Shown in pieces: positions 24,001 to 38,661 of a DNA stretch of 64,000 bases (its first letter is position 1; each line of letters opens with the position of its first letter). This stretch comes from Pristiophorus japonicus (lineage: Eukaryota): assembly GCF_044704955.1 (NCBI RefSeq), contig NC_091985.1:152582001-152646000 (forward strand), given 5' to 3'. The notes under the pieces are model-generated. The model was not told where the DNA came from, did no database searches, and saw only the letters and a list, made by a program, of their open reading frames with translations. Both the position numbers and the translations under genes were made by a program.

Positions 24001-27000
24001 AGGGGTATTTGGCAATTCGGAAGGACAGACAGAAAGAAAAAGGAGGGGTAGCTCTGTCAATAACGGATGAGATTAGTGCAGTAGTGAGAAATGATATTGG
24101 CTCAGAAGATCAAGATGTAGAATCAGTTTGGGTGGAGATAAATAATAAGAGGAAGAATTCATTGGTGGGCATAGTCGAAAGGCCCCCTAATAGCTACACT
24201 GTTGAACAGAGTATAAATCAAGAAATAATGGAGGCTTGTAATAAAGGAACAGCAATAATCATAGGCAATTTTAATCTTCATATTGATTGCACAAATCAAA
24301 TTGGCCAAGGTAGCCTTGAGGAAGAGTTCATAGAGTGTATCCGGGATGGATTCCTTGAACGGTACGTTGTGGAACCAACCAGGGAGCAGGATGTAATGTG
24401 ACAGGATTAATAAATGATCTCATAGTAAAGGATCCTATACAAAAGAGTGATCATGGTTGAATTTCAAATTCAGTTGGCGGGTGAGAAAGTTGGGTCCCAA
24501 ATAGCGTCCTGATCTTAAATAAAGGCAATTACAAAAGGTATGAAGGCAGAGTTGGCTCAAGTGGACTGGCAAAATAGATTAAAGAGCAAGACGGTTGATG
24601 AGCCGTTGCAGACATTTCATAGCTTTCAACAAAAATATATTCCAGTGAGAAGGAAAGCCTAAGCGAAGGGATAACCATCTGTGGCTAACTAAGGAAGTAA
24701 AGGATCGTATCAAATTGAAAACAAAGGCATACAATGTTGCAAAGATTAGTGGGAGGCCAGAGGATTGGGAAATTTTTAGAAAGCAGCAGAGGACGTCTAA
24801 AAATATGAGAGCGAGAGAAGATGGATGATGACTTTTTATATTTCTTGCTAGTTTACAGATAGCAAGAGCTTCTACAGGTATATAAAAAGGAAAAAGATAG
24901 CTAAAGTAAACGTTGGCCCCTTAGAGGATGAGACTGGGGAATCAATAATGGGGAACAGGGAAATGGCAGAGACTTTGAACAAATATTTTGTATCGGTCTT
25001 CACGGTAGGAGACTAAAAATATCCCAATAATCGAGGGGCGTTAGGGAGGAGGGAACATAAAACAATCACTATCACTAAAGAAAAAGTACTCAGTAAAATA
25101 ATGGGACTAAAGGTGGACAAGTTCCCTGTACCTGATGGCCTACATCCCAGGGTCTTAAAAGAAATGGCTGCAGATATAGCGGATGCATTGGTTGCAATCT
25201 ACCAAAATTCATTAGATTCTCGAGAGGTCCCAGCAGATTAGAAAACTACAAAAGTAACGCCCCTATTTAAAAAAGGGAGACGGAAAGAAGGAAACTATAG
25301 ATCAGTTAGCTGAACATCTGTCATTGGGAAAATGTTGGAGTCCATTATTAAGGAAGCAGTAGCAGGACATTTTGAAAGTCATAATAGTCAAGCAGTCGAC
25401 ATGGTTTATTGAAAGGGAAATCATGTTTGACAAATTTTCTGGAGTTCTTTGAGGATGTAACGAGCAGGGTGGATAAATGTGAGATTATCCACTTTGGTGG
25501 CAAAACAGGAAGGCAGAATATTATCTGAATGGTGACAGATTAGGAAAAAGGGAGGTGCAACAGGATCTGGGTGTCATGGTATATCAGTCATTGAAAGTTG
25601 GCATCCGAAGAAGGCAAAAGGCATGTTAGCGTTCACAGTGAGAAGATTTGAGAATAGAAGCAGGGAGGTCTTACTGCAGTTGTACAGGGCCTTGGTGAAG
25701 CCACACCTTGAATATTGTGTACAGTTTTGGTCTCCTAATCTGAGGAAGGAGATTCTTGCTATTGGAGGAGTGCAGCGAAGGTTCACCAGACTGATTCCTG
25801 GGATGGCAGGACTGACATAAGAAAGACTGGATCAACTAGGCTTATATTCACTGGCATTTAGAAGAATGAGAGGGGATTTCATAGAAACATAAAATTCTGA
25901 CGGGATTGGACAGGTTAGATGCAGGAAGAATGTTCCCGATTTTGGGGAAGTCCAGAACCAGGGGTCACAGTCTAATGATAAGAGGTAAGCCATTTAGGAC
26001 CGAGATGAGGAGAAACTTCTTCACTCAGAGAATTATGAACCTGTGGAATTCTCTACCACAAAGTTGTTGAGGCCAGTTCATTAGATATATTCAAAAGGGA
26101 GTTAGATGTGGCCCTTACGGCTAAAGGGATCAAGGGGTATGGAGAGAAAGCAGGAATGGGATACTGAAGTTGCATGATCAGCCATGATCATATTGAATGG
26201 TGGTGCAGGCTCGAAGGGCCGAATGGCCTACTCCTGCACCTAGTTTCTATGCCTTCTGGAAATCCAAATCCACCACATCCACATATATCTACATTATACT
26301 GCATCTGCCATACATTTGCCCACTCACCTAACCTGTCCAAATCACCCTGCAGCCTCTTAGCATCCTCCTCACAGCTCACAGTGCCACCCAGCTTAGTATC
26401 ATCTGCAAACTTGGAGATATTACATTCAATTCCTTCGACTAAATCATTAATGAATATTGTAAATAGCTGGGGTCCCAGCACTGAACCTTGCGGTACCCCA
26501 CTAGTCACTGCTTGCCATGTATTCCTAATCTTAGCTTCCTGTCTGCCAACCAGTTCTCTATCCATGTCAATACATTACCCCCAATACCATGTGCTTTAAT
26601 TTTGCACACTAATCTCTTGTGTGGGACCTTGTCAAAAGCCTTTTGAAAGTCCAAATACACCACATCCACTAGTTCTCCCTTGTCCACTCTACTAGTTACA
26701 ACCTCAAAAAATTCTGGAAGATTTGTCAAGCATGATTTCCCTTTCATAAATCCATGCTGACTTGGACCGATCCTATCACTGCTTTCCAAATGTGCTGCTA
26801 TTACATCTTTAATAATTGATTCCAACGTTTTCCCCACTACCGATGTCAGGTTAACCGTCTATAATTCCGTTTTCTCTCTCCCTCCTTTTTTTAAAAAGTG
26901 GGGTTACATTAGCTAGCCTCACATCCATAAGAACTAATCCAGAGTCTATAGAATGTTGGAAAATGACCACCAATGCATCCACTATTTCTAGGGCCAATTC

Positions 27001-28700
27001 CTTAAGTACTCTGGGATGCAGACTATCAGGCCCTGATAAGGTGCCACATAAAAGGTTACTGCACAAAATAAGGGCTCACAGGGTTTGGGGTAATATATTA
27101 GCATGGATAGAGGATTGGCTAACTAACAGAAAACAGAGATTCGGGATAAATGGATCATTTTCCGGTTGGCAAACAGTAACAAGAAGAGGGTGGCACAGGG
27201 ATAGGTGCTTGGGCCTAAACTATTTACAATCTATATTAACTTGGATGACGGGACCGAGTGTAATGTAGCCAAGTTTACAGATGATAAAGATGGATGGGAA
27301 AGCTAGTTGTGAGGAGGACACAAAGAATCTGCAAAGGGATATAGATAGGCTAAGTGAGTCGGCAAAGATTTGGCAGATGGAGTATAATGTGGGAAAGTGG
27401 CAGGAAAAATAAAAAAGCAAATTATTTAAATGGAGAGAGATTACAAAATGTTGCAGTAGAGGGATCTGGGGGTCCTTGTGCATGAAACACAAAAAGTTAG
27501 TATGCAGGTACAGCAAGTAATCAGGAAGACAAATGGAAAGTTGGCCTAAATTGCAAGGGGGTTGATGTAAAAGCAGGTAAGTCCTGCTGCAACTGTACGC
27601 GGTATTGGTGAGACCACACCTAGAGTACTGCGTACAGTTTTGGTCTCATTATTTAAGGAGGGATAGACTTGCATTGGAGGCAGTTCAGAGAAGGTTCACT
27701 AGGTTGATTCCTGAGATGAAGGGGTTGTCTTTTGAAGATTGAGCAGGTTGGGCCTATACAAATTGAAGTTTAGATGAATGAGAGGCGATCTTATTGAAAC
27801 ATGCAAGAAATTGAGGGGGCTCGACAAGGTAGATGCAGAGAGGATGTTTCCACTTTTGGGGGAATCTAGAACTAGGGGGCATAGTTTAATAAGGGGTTGC
27901 CCATTTAGAATTGAGATGAGGAGGAATTTCTTCTCAGAGGGTGGTGAATCTTTGGAATTCTCTACCGCAGAGAGCTGTGGAGGCTCAGTCATTGAGTATA
28001 TTCAAAGACAGATTTTTGAATATTAAGGGAATCAAGGGATTATGGGGACAGTGCAGGAAAGTGGATTTGAAGAAGAAGATTAGCCATGATCTTACTGAAT
28101 GATGGAGCAAGCTCGAGGGGCCAAATGGCTTACTTCAGCTCCTATTTCTTATGTTCTTACAGAGAAGTTATGCTAAACTTATATAAAACCTTGGTTCTAC
28201 ACGGAGTACTGTGAACAGTTCTGGTCTCCATATAATAAAAAGGATATAGAGGCACTATCAGAAGGTGAACTTTCTTTTACTAAAATGGTACAAGAATTGA
28301 GATGTTATACCCATCAGAAAGGACTGAGTAGGCTGGGGCTCTTTTCTCGAGAAAAGAGAAGACCGAGAAGTGACCCGATAGAGGTCTTTAAGATTATGAA
28401 AGGGCTTGATAGGGTTGAATTAGAGACGTCTCCATTTGCAGGCAAGACCCATTACGGAATTCAGGAGACACTTCTTTTCCCAAAGAGTGGTTAGAATGTG
28501 GAACTCTCTACCATAAGGAGTAGTTGAGGCGACCAATATAGATGCATTTAAGGAGAAACTAGATAAACACATGACTAAGAAAGGAATAGAAGAATATGTA
28601 AATGGGATCAGATGAATGAGGGTGGGAGGAGGCTTCTGCGGAATTTAACCGCCGGCATGGAACTGTTGGGCCGAATGGCCTGTTTCTGTGCTGTAAATAT
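21075..28700 (+). mobile_element. Stack of nested and fragmented CR1 copies (mostly +, with an inverted block at about 26250-27030)
   Basis: Multiple short EN/RT ORFs (22493, 23159, 23564, 23789, 23940, 25623, 26188-, 26505-, 26963, 27778, 28285); tails near 26250, 28160 and 28695. Confidence 0.85.
21185..22365 (-). mobile_element. Harbinger-family MITE, opposite orientation to 10792-11884
   Basis: TIRs GGGCTCAAGTTTCCACA / TGTGGAAACTTGGGCCC. TSD ATA; removing the element restores CR1 sequence cagcatATAgactgg. G-rich interior with (GGGGGA)n. Confidence 0.92.
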
Positions 28701-28784
28701 GACTTAACTAAGTAATCCTAGGGCAACTAAAATGTTCCCTGGATACACTGCCTGGATAATCTATGGAAGTGCACCTCCAATTTT

Positions 28785-30570
28785 AGAACATAAGAACATA
28801 AGAAATAGAAGCAGGAGTAAGCCATACGGCCCCTCGAGCCTGCTCCGCCATTTAATACGATCATGGCTGATCCGATCATGGAATCAGATCCACTTCCCTG
28901 CCCGCTCTCCATATCCCCTTATCGTTTAAGAAATTGTCTATTTCGGTCTTAAATTTATTCAATGTCCCAGCCTCCACAGCTCTCTGAGGCAGTGAATTCC
29001 ACAGATCCACAACCCTCTAAGAAGAAATTTCTCCTCATCTCAGTTTTAAATGGGCGACCACTTATTTGAAGATTATGTCCTCTAGTTCTAGTCTCCCCCA
29101 TCTGTGGAAACATCCTCTCTGCATCCACCTTGTCAAGCCTCCTCATAATCTTATACATTTCGATAAGATCACCTCTCATTCTTCTGAATTCCAATGAGTA
29201 GCGGCCCAACCTACTCAACCTTTCCTCAAAAGTCAAACCCCTCATCTCCAAAATCAACCTAGTGAACCTTCTCCGAACTGCCTCCAAAGCAAGTATATCC
29301 TTTCGTAAATATGGAAACCAAAACAGCACGCAATATTCCAGGTGTGGCCTCACCAATACCCTGTACAACTGTAGCAAGACTTCCTTGCTTTTATACTCCA
29401 TCCCCTTTGCAATAAAGGCCAGGATTCCATTGGCCCTCTTGATCACTTGCTGTACCTGCATACCAACCTTGTGTGTTTCATGCACAAGTACCCCCAGGTC
29501 CCGCTGTATTGCAGCACTTTGCAATCCCTCCATTTAAATAATAACTTGCTCTTTGATTTTTTTTCTGCCAAAGTCATGACCTCACACTTTCCAACATTAT
29601 ACTCCATCTGCCAAATTTTTGCCCATTCACTTCACTTGTCCATGTCCTTTTGCAGATTTTTTGTGTCCTCCTCACACATTGCTTTTCTTCCCATCTTTAT
29701 ATCAGCAAACTTAGCTACGTTACACTCGGTCCCTTCTTCGAAGTCGTTAATATAGATTGTAAATAGTTGGGGTTCCAGCACTGATCCCTGCGGCACCCCA
29801 CTGGTTACTGATTGCCGACCAGAGAATGAACCATTTATCCCGACTCTGTTTTCGGTTAGTCAGTCAATCCTCTATCCATGGTAATATATTACTCCAAAAC
29901 CTGTGAACTTTTATCTTGTGCAATAACCTTTTATGTGGCACCTTGTCAAATGCCTTCTGGAAATCCAAATACACCACATCCACTGGTTCCCCTTTATCCA
30001 TTCGTTACATCCTCAAAGAAATCTTGCAAATTTGTCAAACAAGACTTCCCCTTCATAAATCCATGCCTGACAGAATTTTGCTTTTCCAAATGGCCTGCAA
30101 CTGCTTCTTTAATAATGGACTCTAACATCTTCCCAACCACAGATGTTAGGCTAACTGGTCTATAGTTTCCTGCCTCCTTTTTTAAATAGGGGCGTTACAT
30201 TTGCAGTTTTCCAATCTGCTGGGACCTCCCCAGAATCCAGGGAATTTTGGTAAAACACAACCAATGCATCTACAATCCCTGCCGTCACTTCTCTTAAGAC
30301 CCTAGGATGCAAGCCATCAGGTCCAGGGGATATATCTGCCTTTAGTCCCATTATCTTACTGAGTACCGCCTCCTTGGTGATTGTGATTGTGTTAAGTTCC
30401 TCTCCCCACCCCCCCCATAACTAACCACTGTTGGATTATTATTATACCGTAAAGACTGATACAAAATATTTGTTCAGAGTTTCTGCCATCTCCATGTTCC
30501 CCATTGTTAATTCTCCGGTCTCGTCCTCTAAGGGACCAACATTTACTCTAGCCACTTTTCCTTTTTACCA
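28785..30570 (-). mobile_element. CR1 RT-to-tail fragment
   Basis: ORFs 28955..29533 and 30160..30351; (AGAACATA)n tail at 28785-28805. Confidence 0.88.
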
Positions 30571-30589
30571 GGAATCGGTTTAGGTCTTT

Positions 30590-33500
30590 TGAGTTCTAAT
30601 ATGGAGTGGGAGGGGAACGATCCAGTTGTTGTGGTCCACGTGGGTACCAACGACATCGATAGGACAAAGAAAGAGGTTCTGCTAAGAGATTATGAGCAGC
30701 TAGGGACCAAATTAAAAAGCAGAACGACAAAGGTAATAATCTCTGGATTACTACCTGAGCCACGAGCAAATTTGCGCAGGATAAATAAGATCAGAGAGTT
30801 AAACACGTGGCTCAAAGATTGGTGTGGGAGAAATGGGTTTTGGTTCATGGGACACTGGCACCAGTACTGGGGAAAGAGGGAGTTGTCCCGTTTGGACGGG
30901 CTCCACTTAGACCGTGCTGGGTCTAGGGTCTTGGCGAATCAAATAACCAGGACTGTAGAAAGGGCTTTAAACTAATTAGTGTGGGGGGGAGGATTCAGGT
31001 GAACGAAAAGTTAAAAAGTCAAAGAATAAGGAGAAGGCAATAGATCAGGGTAGCACTGGGGGAAATGAAAACCTGAGAATGCCAGGAAGGGACAGAATGT
31101 ATAAACATAAAGGTGAATCAGAAAGTGTGGTCAAAGCAGGAAGAAATGGTAAAAAAAACAATTTTAAAAGCTCTTTATCTGAATGCACGGAGCATTCGTA
31201 ACAAAATAGATGAGTTGATGGCACAAATAGATACAAATGGGTATGATCTGATAGCCATTACAGAGACATGGTTGCATGATGACCAGAACTGGGAACTAAA
31301 TATTTAGCGGTATTTGACAATTCGGCAGGATAGACAAAGGAAAAGGAGGTGGGGTGGAACTGTTAATAAAGGATAAGATCAGTGCGTTAGTAAGAAAAAA
31401 TATTGGCTCAGAGGATCAAGATGTTGAATCAGTTTGGGTGAAGATAAGGAATAATAAGGGGAAAAAGTCACTGGTGGGCATAGTCTATAGGCCCTCTAAC
31501 AGTAGCTACACTGTTGGACAGAGTATAAATCAAGAAATAATGGAGGCGTGTAATAAAGGAACGGCAATAATCACGTGCGATTTTAATCTTCATATTGATT
31601 GGACAAAGCAAATTGGCCAGGGTAGCTTTGAGGAAGAGTTCAAAGAGTGTATCCGGGATAGTTTCCTTGAACAGTACGTTGCGGAACCAACCAGGGAGCA
31701 GGCTATCCTAGATCTGGTATTGTGCAATGAGACAGGATTAATAAATGATCTTGTAGCAAAGGATCCTCCAGGAATGAGTGACCATAATATGATGATTGAA
31801 TTTCAAATTCAGTTGCAGGGTGAGAAAATTGGTTCTCAAACCAGTGTCCTTAGCTCAAATAAAGGAGACTATAAAGGTATGAGGGTAGAGTTGGAAAAGG
31901 TGGACTGGGAAAATAGATTAAAGTATGGGATGGCTGATGAGCAGGTGGCAGACATTTAAGGAGATATTTCATAACTCGCAACAAAAATATATCCCAATGA
32001 GAAGGAAAGACTAAGAAGGGATAACCATCCGTGACTAAACTAAGGAAATAAGGGATGATATCAAATTGTAAACAAGGGCATACAATGTGGGCAAGACTAG
32101 TGGGAGGCCAGCGGATTGAGAAACTTTTAAAAGCCAGCAAAGAACGACTAAAAAATGATAGAGAGGGGGAAGATAGATTATGAAAGTAAACTAGCACGAA
32201 ATATAAAAACAGATAGTAAAAAGGAAAAGAGTGAAAGTAAATGTTGGTCCCTGAGAGGATGAGACTGGGGAATTAATAATGGAGAACCGGGAGATGGCAG
32301 CGACGTTGAACAAATATTTTGTATCTGTCTTCGCGTTAAAAAACACAAAAAACATCCCAATAGTGGATAATCAAGGGGCGATAGGGCAGGAGGAACTTAA
32401 TACAATCACTATCACTAATGAAGTAGTGCTTGGTAAAATGGGACTAAAGGCAGACAAGTCCTCTGAACCTGATGGCTTACATCCTAGGGTCTTAAAAGAA
32501 GTGGCTGCAGAGGTTGTAATCTACCAAAATTCCCTGGATTCTGGGGCGGTCCCAGCAGATTGGAAAACCGCAAATGTAACACACCTATTTAAAAATGGAG
32601 GCAGACAAAAAGCAGGAAACTATAGACCAGTTAGCCTAATATCTGTTGGGAAAATGCTGGAGTCCATTATTGAGGAAGCAGTAGCGGGACATTTGGAAGA
32701 GCATGATTCAATCAAGCAGAGTCAGCATGGTTTTATGAAATCATGTTTGACAAATTTGCTGGAGTTCATTGAGGATGTAACGAGCAGGGTGGATAAGGGG
32801 GAACCAGTGGATGTGGCACTGGTATTTGGATTTCCAGAAGGCATTCGATAAGGTGCCACATAAAAGTTTACTGCACAAGATAAAAGTTGTCTATCCATGG
32901 TTGGAAGTAATATATTAGCATGGATAGAGGATTGGCTAACTAACAGAAAACAGAGAGTCTGAATAAATGAGTCATTTTCCAGTTGGCAAACAGCAACTAC
33001 TGGGGTGCTGCAGGGATCGGTGCTGGGTCCTCAACTATTTACAATCTATATTAATGACTTGAATGAAGGTACAGAGTGTAATGTAGCCAAGTTTGCTGAT
33101 GATACAAAGATGGTGGGAAAGCAAATTGTGAGGAGGACACAAAGTCTGCAAAGGGATATAGACAGGCTAAGTGAGTGGGCAAAAATTTGGCAGATGGAGT
33201 ATAATGTGGGAAAATGAGAGATTATCTACTTTGGCAGAAATAATAGAAAAGCAAATTACAATTTAAATGGAGAAAAATTGCAAAGTGCTGCAGTACAGAG
33301 GGACCTGGGGGTCCTTGTGCATGAAACACAAAGTTAGTTTACAGGTACAGCAAGTAATCAGGAAGCCAAATGAAATGTTGGCCTTTATTGCAAGGGGGAT
33401 AGAATATAAAAGCAGAGAAGTCCTGCTACAACTGCACAGATTATTGGTGAGGCCACACCTAGAGTATTGCGTACAATTTTGGTCTCTCTATTTAAGGAAG

Positions 33501-33990
33501 GTTATTCTTGCATTGGAGACTGTTCAGAGAAGGTTCATTAGGTTGATTCCGAAAATGAGGGGTTGACTTGTGAAAATAGGTTGCGTACGTTGGGACTGTA
33601 CACATTAGAGTTCAGAAGAATGAAGGGTGATCTAATCGAAACATACAAGATAATGAGGGGGCTCAACAAGGTGGATGCAGAGAGGATATTTCCAAATTAG
33701 GGGACAGTCTCAGAATAAGGGGGCGCCCAGTTAAAACTATGAGGAAAAATGTTTTCTCCCAGAGGGTTGTAAATCTGTGGAATTCTCTACCCCAGAGAGC
33801 TGTGGAGGCTGGGTCTTTGAATACATTTAAGGTAGAGATACAGATTTTTGAGCAATAAAGGGAATAAATGGTTATGGGGAGCAGGCAGGGAAGTGGAGCT
33901 GAGTCCACGATCAGATCAGCCATGATCTTATTAAATGGCAGAGCAGTTGCAAAGGGCCAGGTAGCCGACTCCTGTTCCTATTTATGTTCT
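30590..33990 (+). mobile_element. Long decayed CR1 (esterase end of ORF1, ORF2 and tail)
   Basis: 30589..30975 VVHVGTND/DGLHL; 31354..31959 EN; 32279..33566 RT pieces. Confidence 0.9.
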
Positions 33991-34004
33991 TAATATAAAG
34001 TATA

Positions 34005-36400
34005 GAATCATAGAATGATACAGCAGAAAAGGAAAGCATTCAGCACATCATGCCTGTTCTTTGAAAGATTTATCCAATTAGTTCCATTCCCTTGCACTTT
34101 CCCCACAGCCCTGCAAATTTTTCCTTCAAGTATTTATCCAATTTTCTTTAGAAAGTGATTACTGAATCTGCTTCCACCACCCTTTCAGGCAGTGCATTCC
34201 AGATCAGAACACTCTCTTTAAAAAAAAAAAGTTTGCATCTCGCCTTTAGTTCTTTTGCCAGTCTTCTCTGGTTAAAATCAGTCTTCTCTGGTTCGCAACC
34301 CGTCTGCCACTGGAAACTCCTTATTTACTCTAACCCGTCATGGTTTTGAACATCTCTATTAAATCTCCCCTTAACCTTCTCTGTTCTGAGGAAAAAAAAA
34401 CTTACATTTATACAGTGCCTTTCACGACCCAAGGATGTCCCAAAGTCCTTACAGCCAATGAAGTACTCTTCAAGTGTAGTCACTTGTAATGTTAGAAACT
34501 CTGCTCCCACAAACAGCAATTTGATAATGACCAGATAATCTGTTTTAGTGAGATTGTTTGAGGGATAAATATTGGCCACTACACTGGGGATAACTCCCCT
34601 GCTCCTCTTCAAAATACCACTATGGGATCTTTTATGTCCATCTGAAAAGGCAGACGGGCCTCGGTTTAACATTTCATCCAAAAGACGCCACCTCCTACAG
34701 TGCAGCACTCCCTCAGTACTGCACTGAAGTGTCAGCCTAGATTTTTGGGCTCAAGTCTCTGGAGTGGGACCCACTGGGGAGAACAACCCCTGCTTCTCCA
34801 CATAACTCAAGTCCTGCATCCTTGGTGCCACTCTGCACCCTCTATAAATCCTAAAGTGTGGTGCCCAAAATTGAACACAATACTCCAGCTGGGGCCTAAT
34901 CAGTGATTTATAAAAGGTTTAGCATAACCTCCTTGCTTTTGTACTCCATGCCTTGGTTTATAAACCCAAGGATCGCATATGCTGTTCTAATGGCTTTCTC
35001 AACTTGTACTGTCACCTTCAAAGATTTGCAATACATACACCCCCAGGTCTGTGTTCCAGAACCCCCTTTAAAATTGCAGCATTTAGTTTATATTGCCTCT
35101 CCTCATTCTTCCTACCAAAATGCATCAATTCACACTTCTATGCATTAACTTGCATCTGCCATATGTCTGCCCATTTCACCAGTCTATGTCCTCCTGTAGT
35201 CTGTTACTATTAGCCTCATTGTTTACTACATTTCCGAGTTTTGTATCATCTGGAAACGTTGAAATTATGCCCTGTATACCCAAGTCCAGGTCATTAATAT
35301 GTCAAAAAGAGCAGTCCAAATAACGACCCCTGGGGGACACCACTGTCTGCTGAATATGAGCTTGACATTTATCACAAGCCTCCTTTTTCGGTTACATTGT
35401 AATCTCTACATCTTTACTCATCCAGGGATCTCTAGTTTTGGATGCCCTTCCTTTCCCCTTCGTGGGAATATGTCTACTCTGTACCCTAACAATCTCCCCT
35501 TTTGAAGGCCTCCCATTGCTCATTTACTGTTTTACCTGCAAATCTTTGATTCCAATCCACCTGGCCCAGATTCCCTTTCAACTCACTGAAATTATCCTTC
35601 CTCCAGTTGAGTATTTTCACATTTGATTGTTCCTTGTCCTTTTCCATAATTACTCTAAACCTAGTGATCACTGTTTCCCAAGTGCTCACCTATTGAAACA
35701 AGCTTCACTTGCCCCACTTCATTCCCCAAAACCAGATCCAGCGCTGCTGTCTTCCTCGTTTGGCTAGAAACATAATGACGTTCTCTTGTTCAAGAATTCT
35801 TCCTCCTCTTTGCCCTTATTTTCCCCGTCTTTACTAGGATAATTGAAATCCCCCATTATCATTACTCTATAATTCTTGTATATTTCTGCAATTTACCTGC
35901 AATTTGCTCCTTTATCTCCTTCCCAATACCTGGTGGCCTATAGTGTACACCTAGCAGTGTCATAGCTCCTCTATTGTTCCGTAATTCTGACCAAATAGAT
36001 TCTGCATTTGAACCCTCAAGTATAGCATCCTTTTCCAGTTTTTACTTCCCAATCTTTTCTGAATACATTGTAGTTCGGAATATTGTTCCCAAACCTCCCC
36101 TTGTTTGAGCCAGGTCTCAGTTATTGCCCCAGATCAGAATCCCATGTGGCAATTTGTGCCTGCAGCTCACCAACCTTATTTACCACACTCCGCCCATTTA
36201 CACACGTTTTTCAAACTCATCCTGGCCTGCCTCACATTTTCCCCATCTGATCCCTCCTATTTTTGAATTACTCTTTATTCTAATGCTATTCATCTCTCCC
36301 AGTCCTCTGTGCATCTTATTTCTCCTCTCTACTGCTTCACCCTAGTGGCGTTCCCCTCCCAAATTAGTTTAAACCATCCACCACAGCACTAGTTAACCTC
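34005..36400 (-). mobile_element. Older CR1 copy with deletions, interrupted by a SINE
   Basis: (ATAGAATC)n tail near 34005; RT and EN remnants such as 35486..35689. Confidence 0.7.
34400..34770 (-). mobile_element. Deu-domain-type SINE, head truncated
   Basis: Collinear with the SINE at 45034-45502. Confidence 0.75.
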
Positions 36401-37422
36401 CTTGCAATATTTCTGTTCATTTTGGGGAATATAACATGCCTTGAAGTAATAACTTGCTGCGAAAGGAGAAAGTAACCTTTTGTGGTAGTTGCTATGAAGC
36501 ATAATTTCCAGGGACTACACCATAATGTGGAGGGATGGTTTGCATGCTCCTATGACCCCATGAGCTATGGTGGCAGGAATACAACTCTTTCTAGGGTCAC
36601 CCAAACGAGGCAGGTCAAAAGGCAGGAACCAGACTAAAGGCAGTCCACTAGTCCTTTTGATAGGGTGTTGAATTAAGCCAACATGTCCACATATAAATGC
36701 CTTTCATTACAGAAAACCCAGAGACAAGATGTCTGTTACAGACCAGCAAACTTAATTACCAACTGTGCAGAATCACAATCTGCTGGATGTAAAGCAAGAT
36801 AATACTTGGTTGGAGTTAAATATCTTTGTCTACACAAACAGCAGTCGAAGAAGTGCATTAGCTCATGTGCCACTCGGTACAGTAGATTCTAACTATTACC
36901 TATTCACCTGTAGTGAATTTTTTCCATACAGCCTCAGGTAGCTATAACCCAGGTACAAGAGGAAATTAAATACCAGTGAGCTACTAGCATGAACCCGGAG
37001 ACATTTAAGATCTGTGGTGGGAGCCTCTAGGTGTGGATATTGCTCAAAAGTGAAAGAGAATTATCTCAAATCCCAAATACCGCCACGAAAAGGCGTGGTT
37101 AAGTCGGGCTTTATCACAGCTCATCAGTTGATGATGGGGGTGGGTGGGGGCAGGGAGAGAGAGAGAAATGAGAGAGTGCAACAAAAGGGGCCATTTAAAC
37201 AGAATTCTACTTTCATAAGCATTCTTGTATCGAAACAAAATATGCAATTTTTTCCATAAAATAGTTGGTCTACTTGTTTCCCCCCACCCCATTGCCAAAT
37301 TAGCTGTCAAAGGATATTTGTAATAGCTGCTGCTATGGCTCCAGTGGGAACACAACTACAATCTTCAATGAGCTAAGCAGTAAAGCTTACTCCTCCCCAT
37401 GACCCTTCAAAGCGGTTTCTTT

Positions 37423-38661
37423 GGGCCGAAGTTTCGGCATCTGATGAAAACGGCGCACCCTCTGAGACTTACATGACCTGCCTGGGCTCAAAGGTGCGGC
37501 GGAATATTCTGCAGCAATTCTCCGGTCCTCCTGGACCATGTCGTAGAGTGGCGTGGCGCAGCGTAATCTCCCTGGGGAGGAGCCTGCCTGCAGGGGGGCG
37601 GGGCTAGGGATCATGCCTTCTTCCCAAAGCCGGCAGCGTTGTGCAGGGCGCTGGAGCCTGCGCAATGGCTCGAGAGAGCGTGGATACCTGGGGGGGGGGG
37701 GGAAAAAGAGAGGAGAGAGGGAGAGAGCGTGGATACCGGGAGGGGGGAGCGTGGCAACAGGGATGGAAGGGGGAGTGTGGGTTGGGGGGCACTCAATGAT
37801 CGAAGGGCCGGAGGAGAGAGCAGGGGTGCCTCCTTTCAGCCCCACACACACACACACCACACTCACCCCCTCCCACATTCCCCCCCCCCCCCACACACAC
37901 CCCCTCCCACATTCCCCCCCCCCACACCGCCCCCCCCCACTCACACAGACACACAGACACACAGACACACAGACACACAGACACACAGACACACAGACAC
38001 ACAGACACACAGACACACAGACACACAGACACACACTCGTACCCCTCACTGTCAGATACAGAGAGAGAGAGAGAGACACTGACAGAGACACCTTCCCTTT
38101 ACATAAAGGTAGAACTTCTATTTTTTATTGATTGATTACTTATTACTTTGGTCTTGGTGCTTTAGGTGCAGGGTTCCTTTTATTTTTTATTAATTAATTG
38201 CTTATTACTTTTTGTGCTTCGTTTAGCGCTTGGTGCTTTAAATGTACTTTGCTTCTTTAATGTTGTTGTGAAGGTGTTTATGGAAAATCCTCCAACTTCC
38301 CTTAACCCCCGCTGTTGTGATGTTGATGTGTCCTTTGTGTTTAATGCTTCCCACCCGCCGTCTCTGGCTGTGCCTGCACTAAACTTAACTCTAGGTAAGG
38401 TTTTTCAGAACTTACAAAAGTGGACACTTACTCCATCCTAAGTTAGTTTGTAGTAAGTTTTCACTGCCGAAACTTGCAAAACTGGCCTGAGTGGCTTGAC
38501 ACACCCACTTTTGAAAAAAAAGTACCTTACCTAAAGCCAACCTAAACTAACTCACTAGAACTGGAGCAAACTAATATCCGAGAATTGCAATTTCTAACAT
38601 ACTCCAAACTAAACTAGTTGCTCCAAAAAACTAGGAGTAACTCCACCCAAAACTTGGGCCC
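37423..38661 (+). mobile_element. Diverged Harbinger-family MITE with internal (CACAGACA)n and G/C runs
   Basis: TIRs GGGCCGAAGTTT / AAACTTGGGCCC; TSD TTT on both sides; right arm resembles 53100-53369. Confidence 0.8.
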
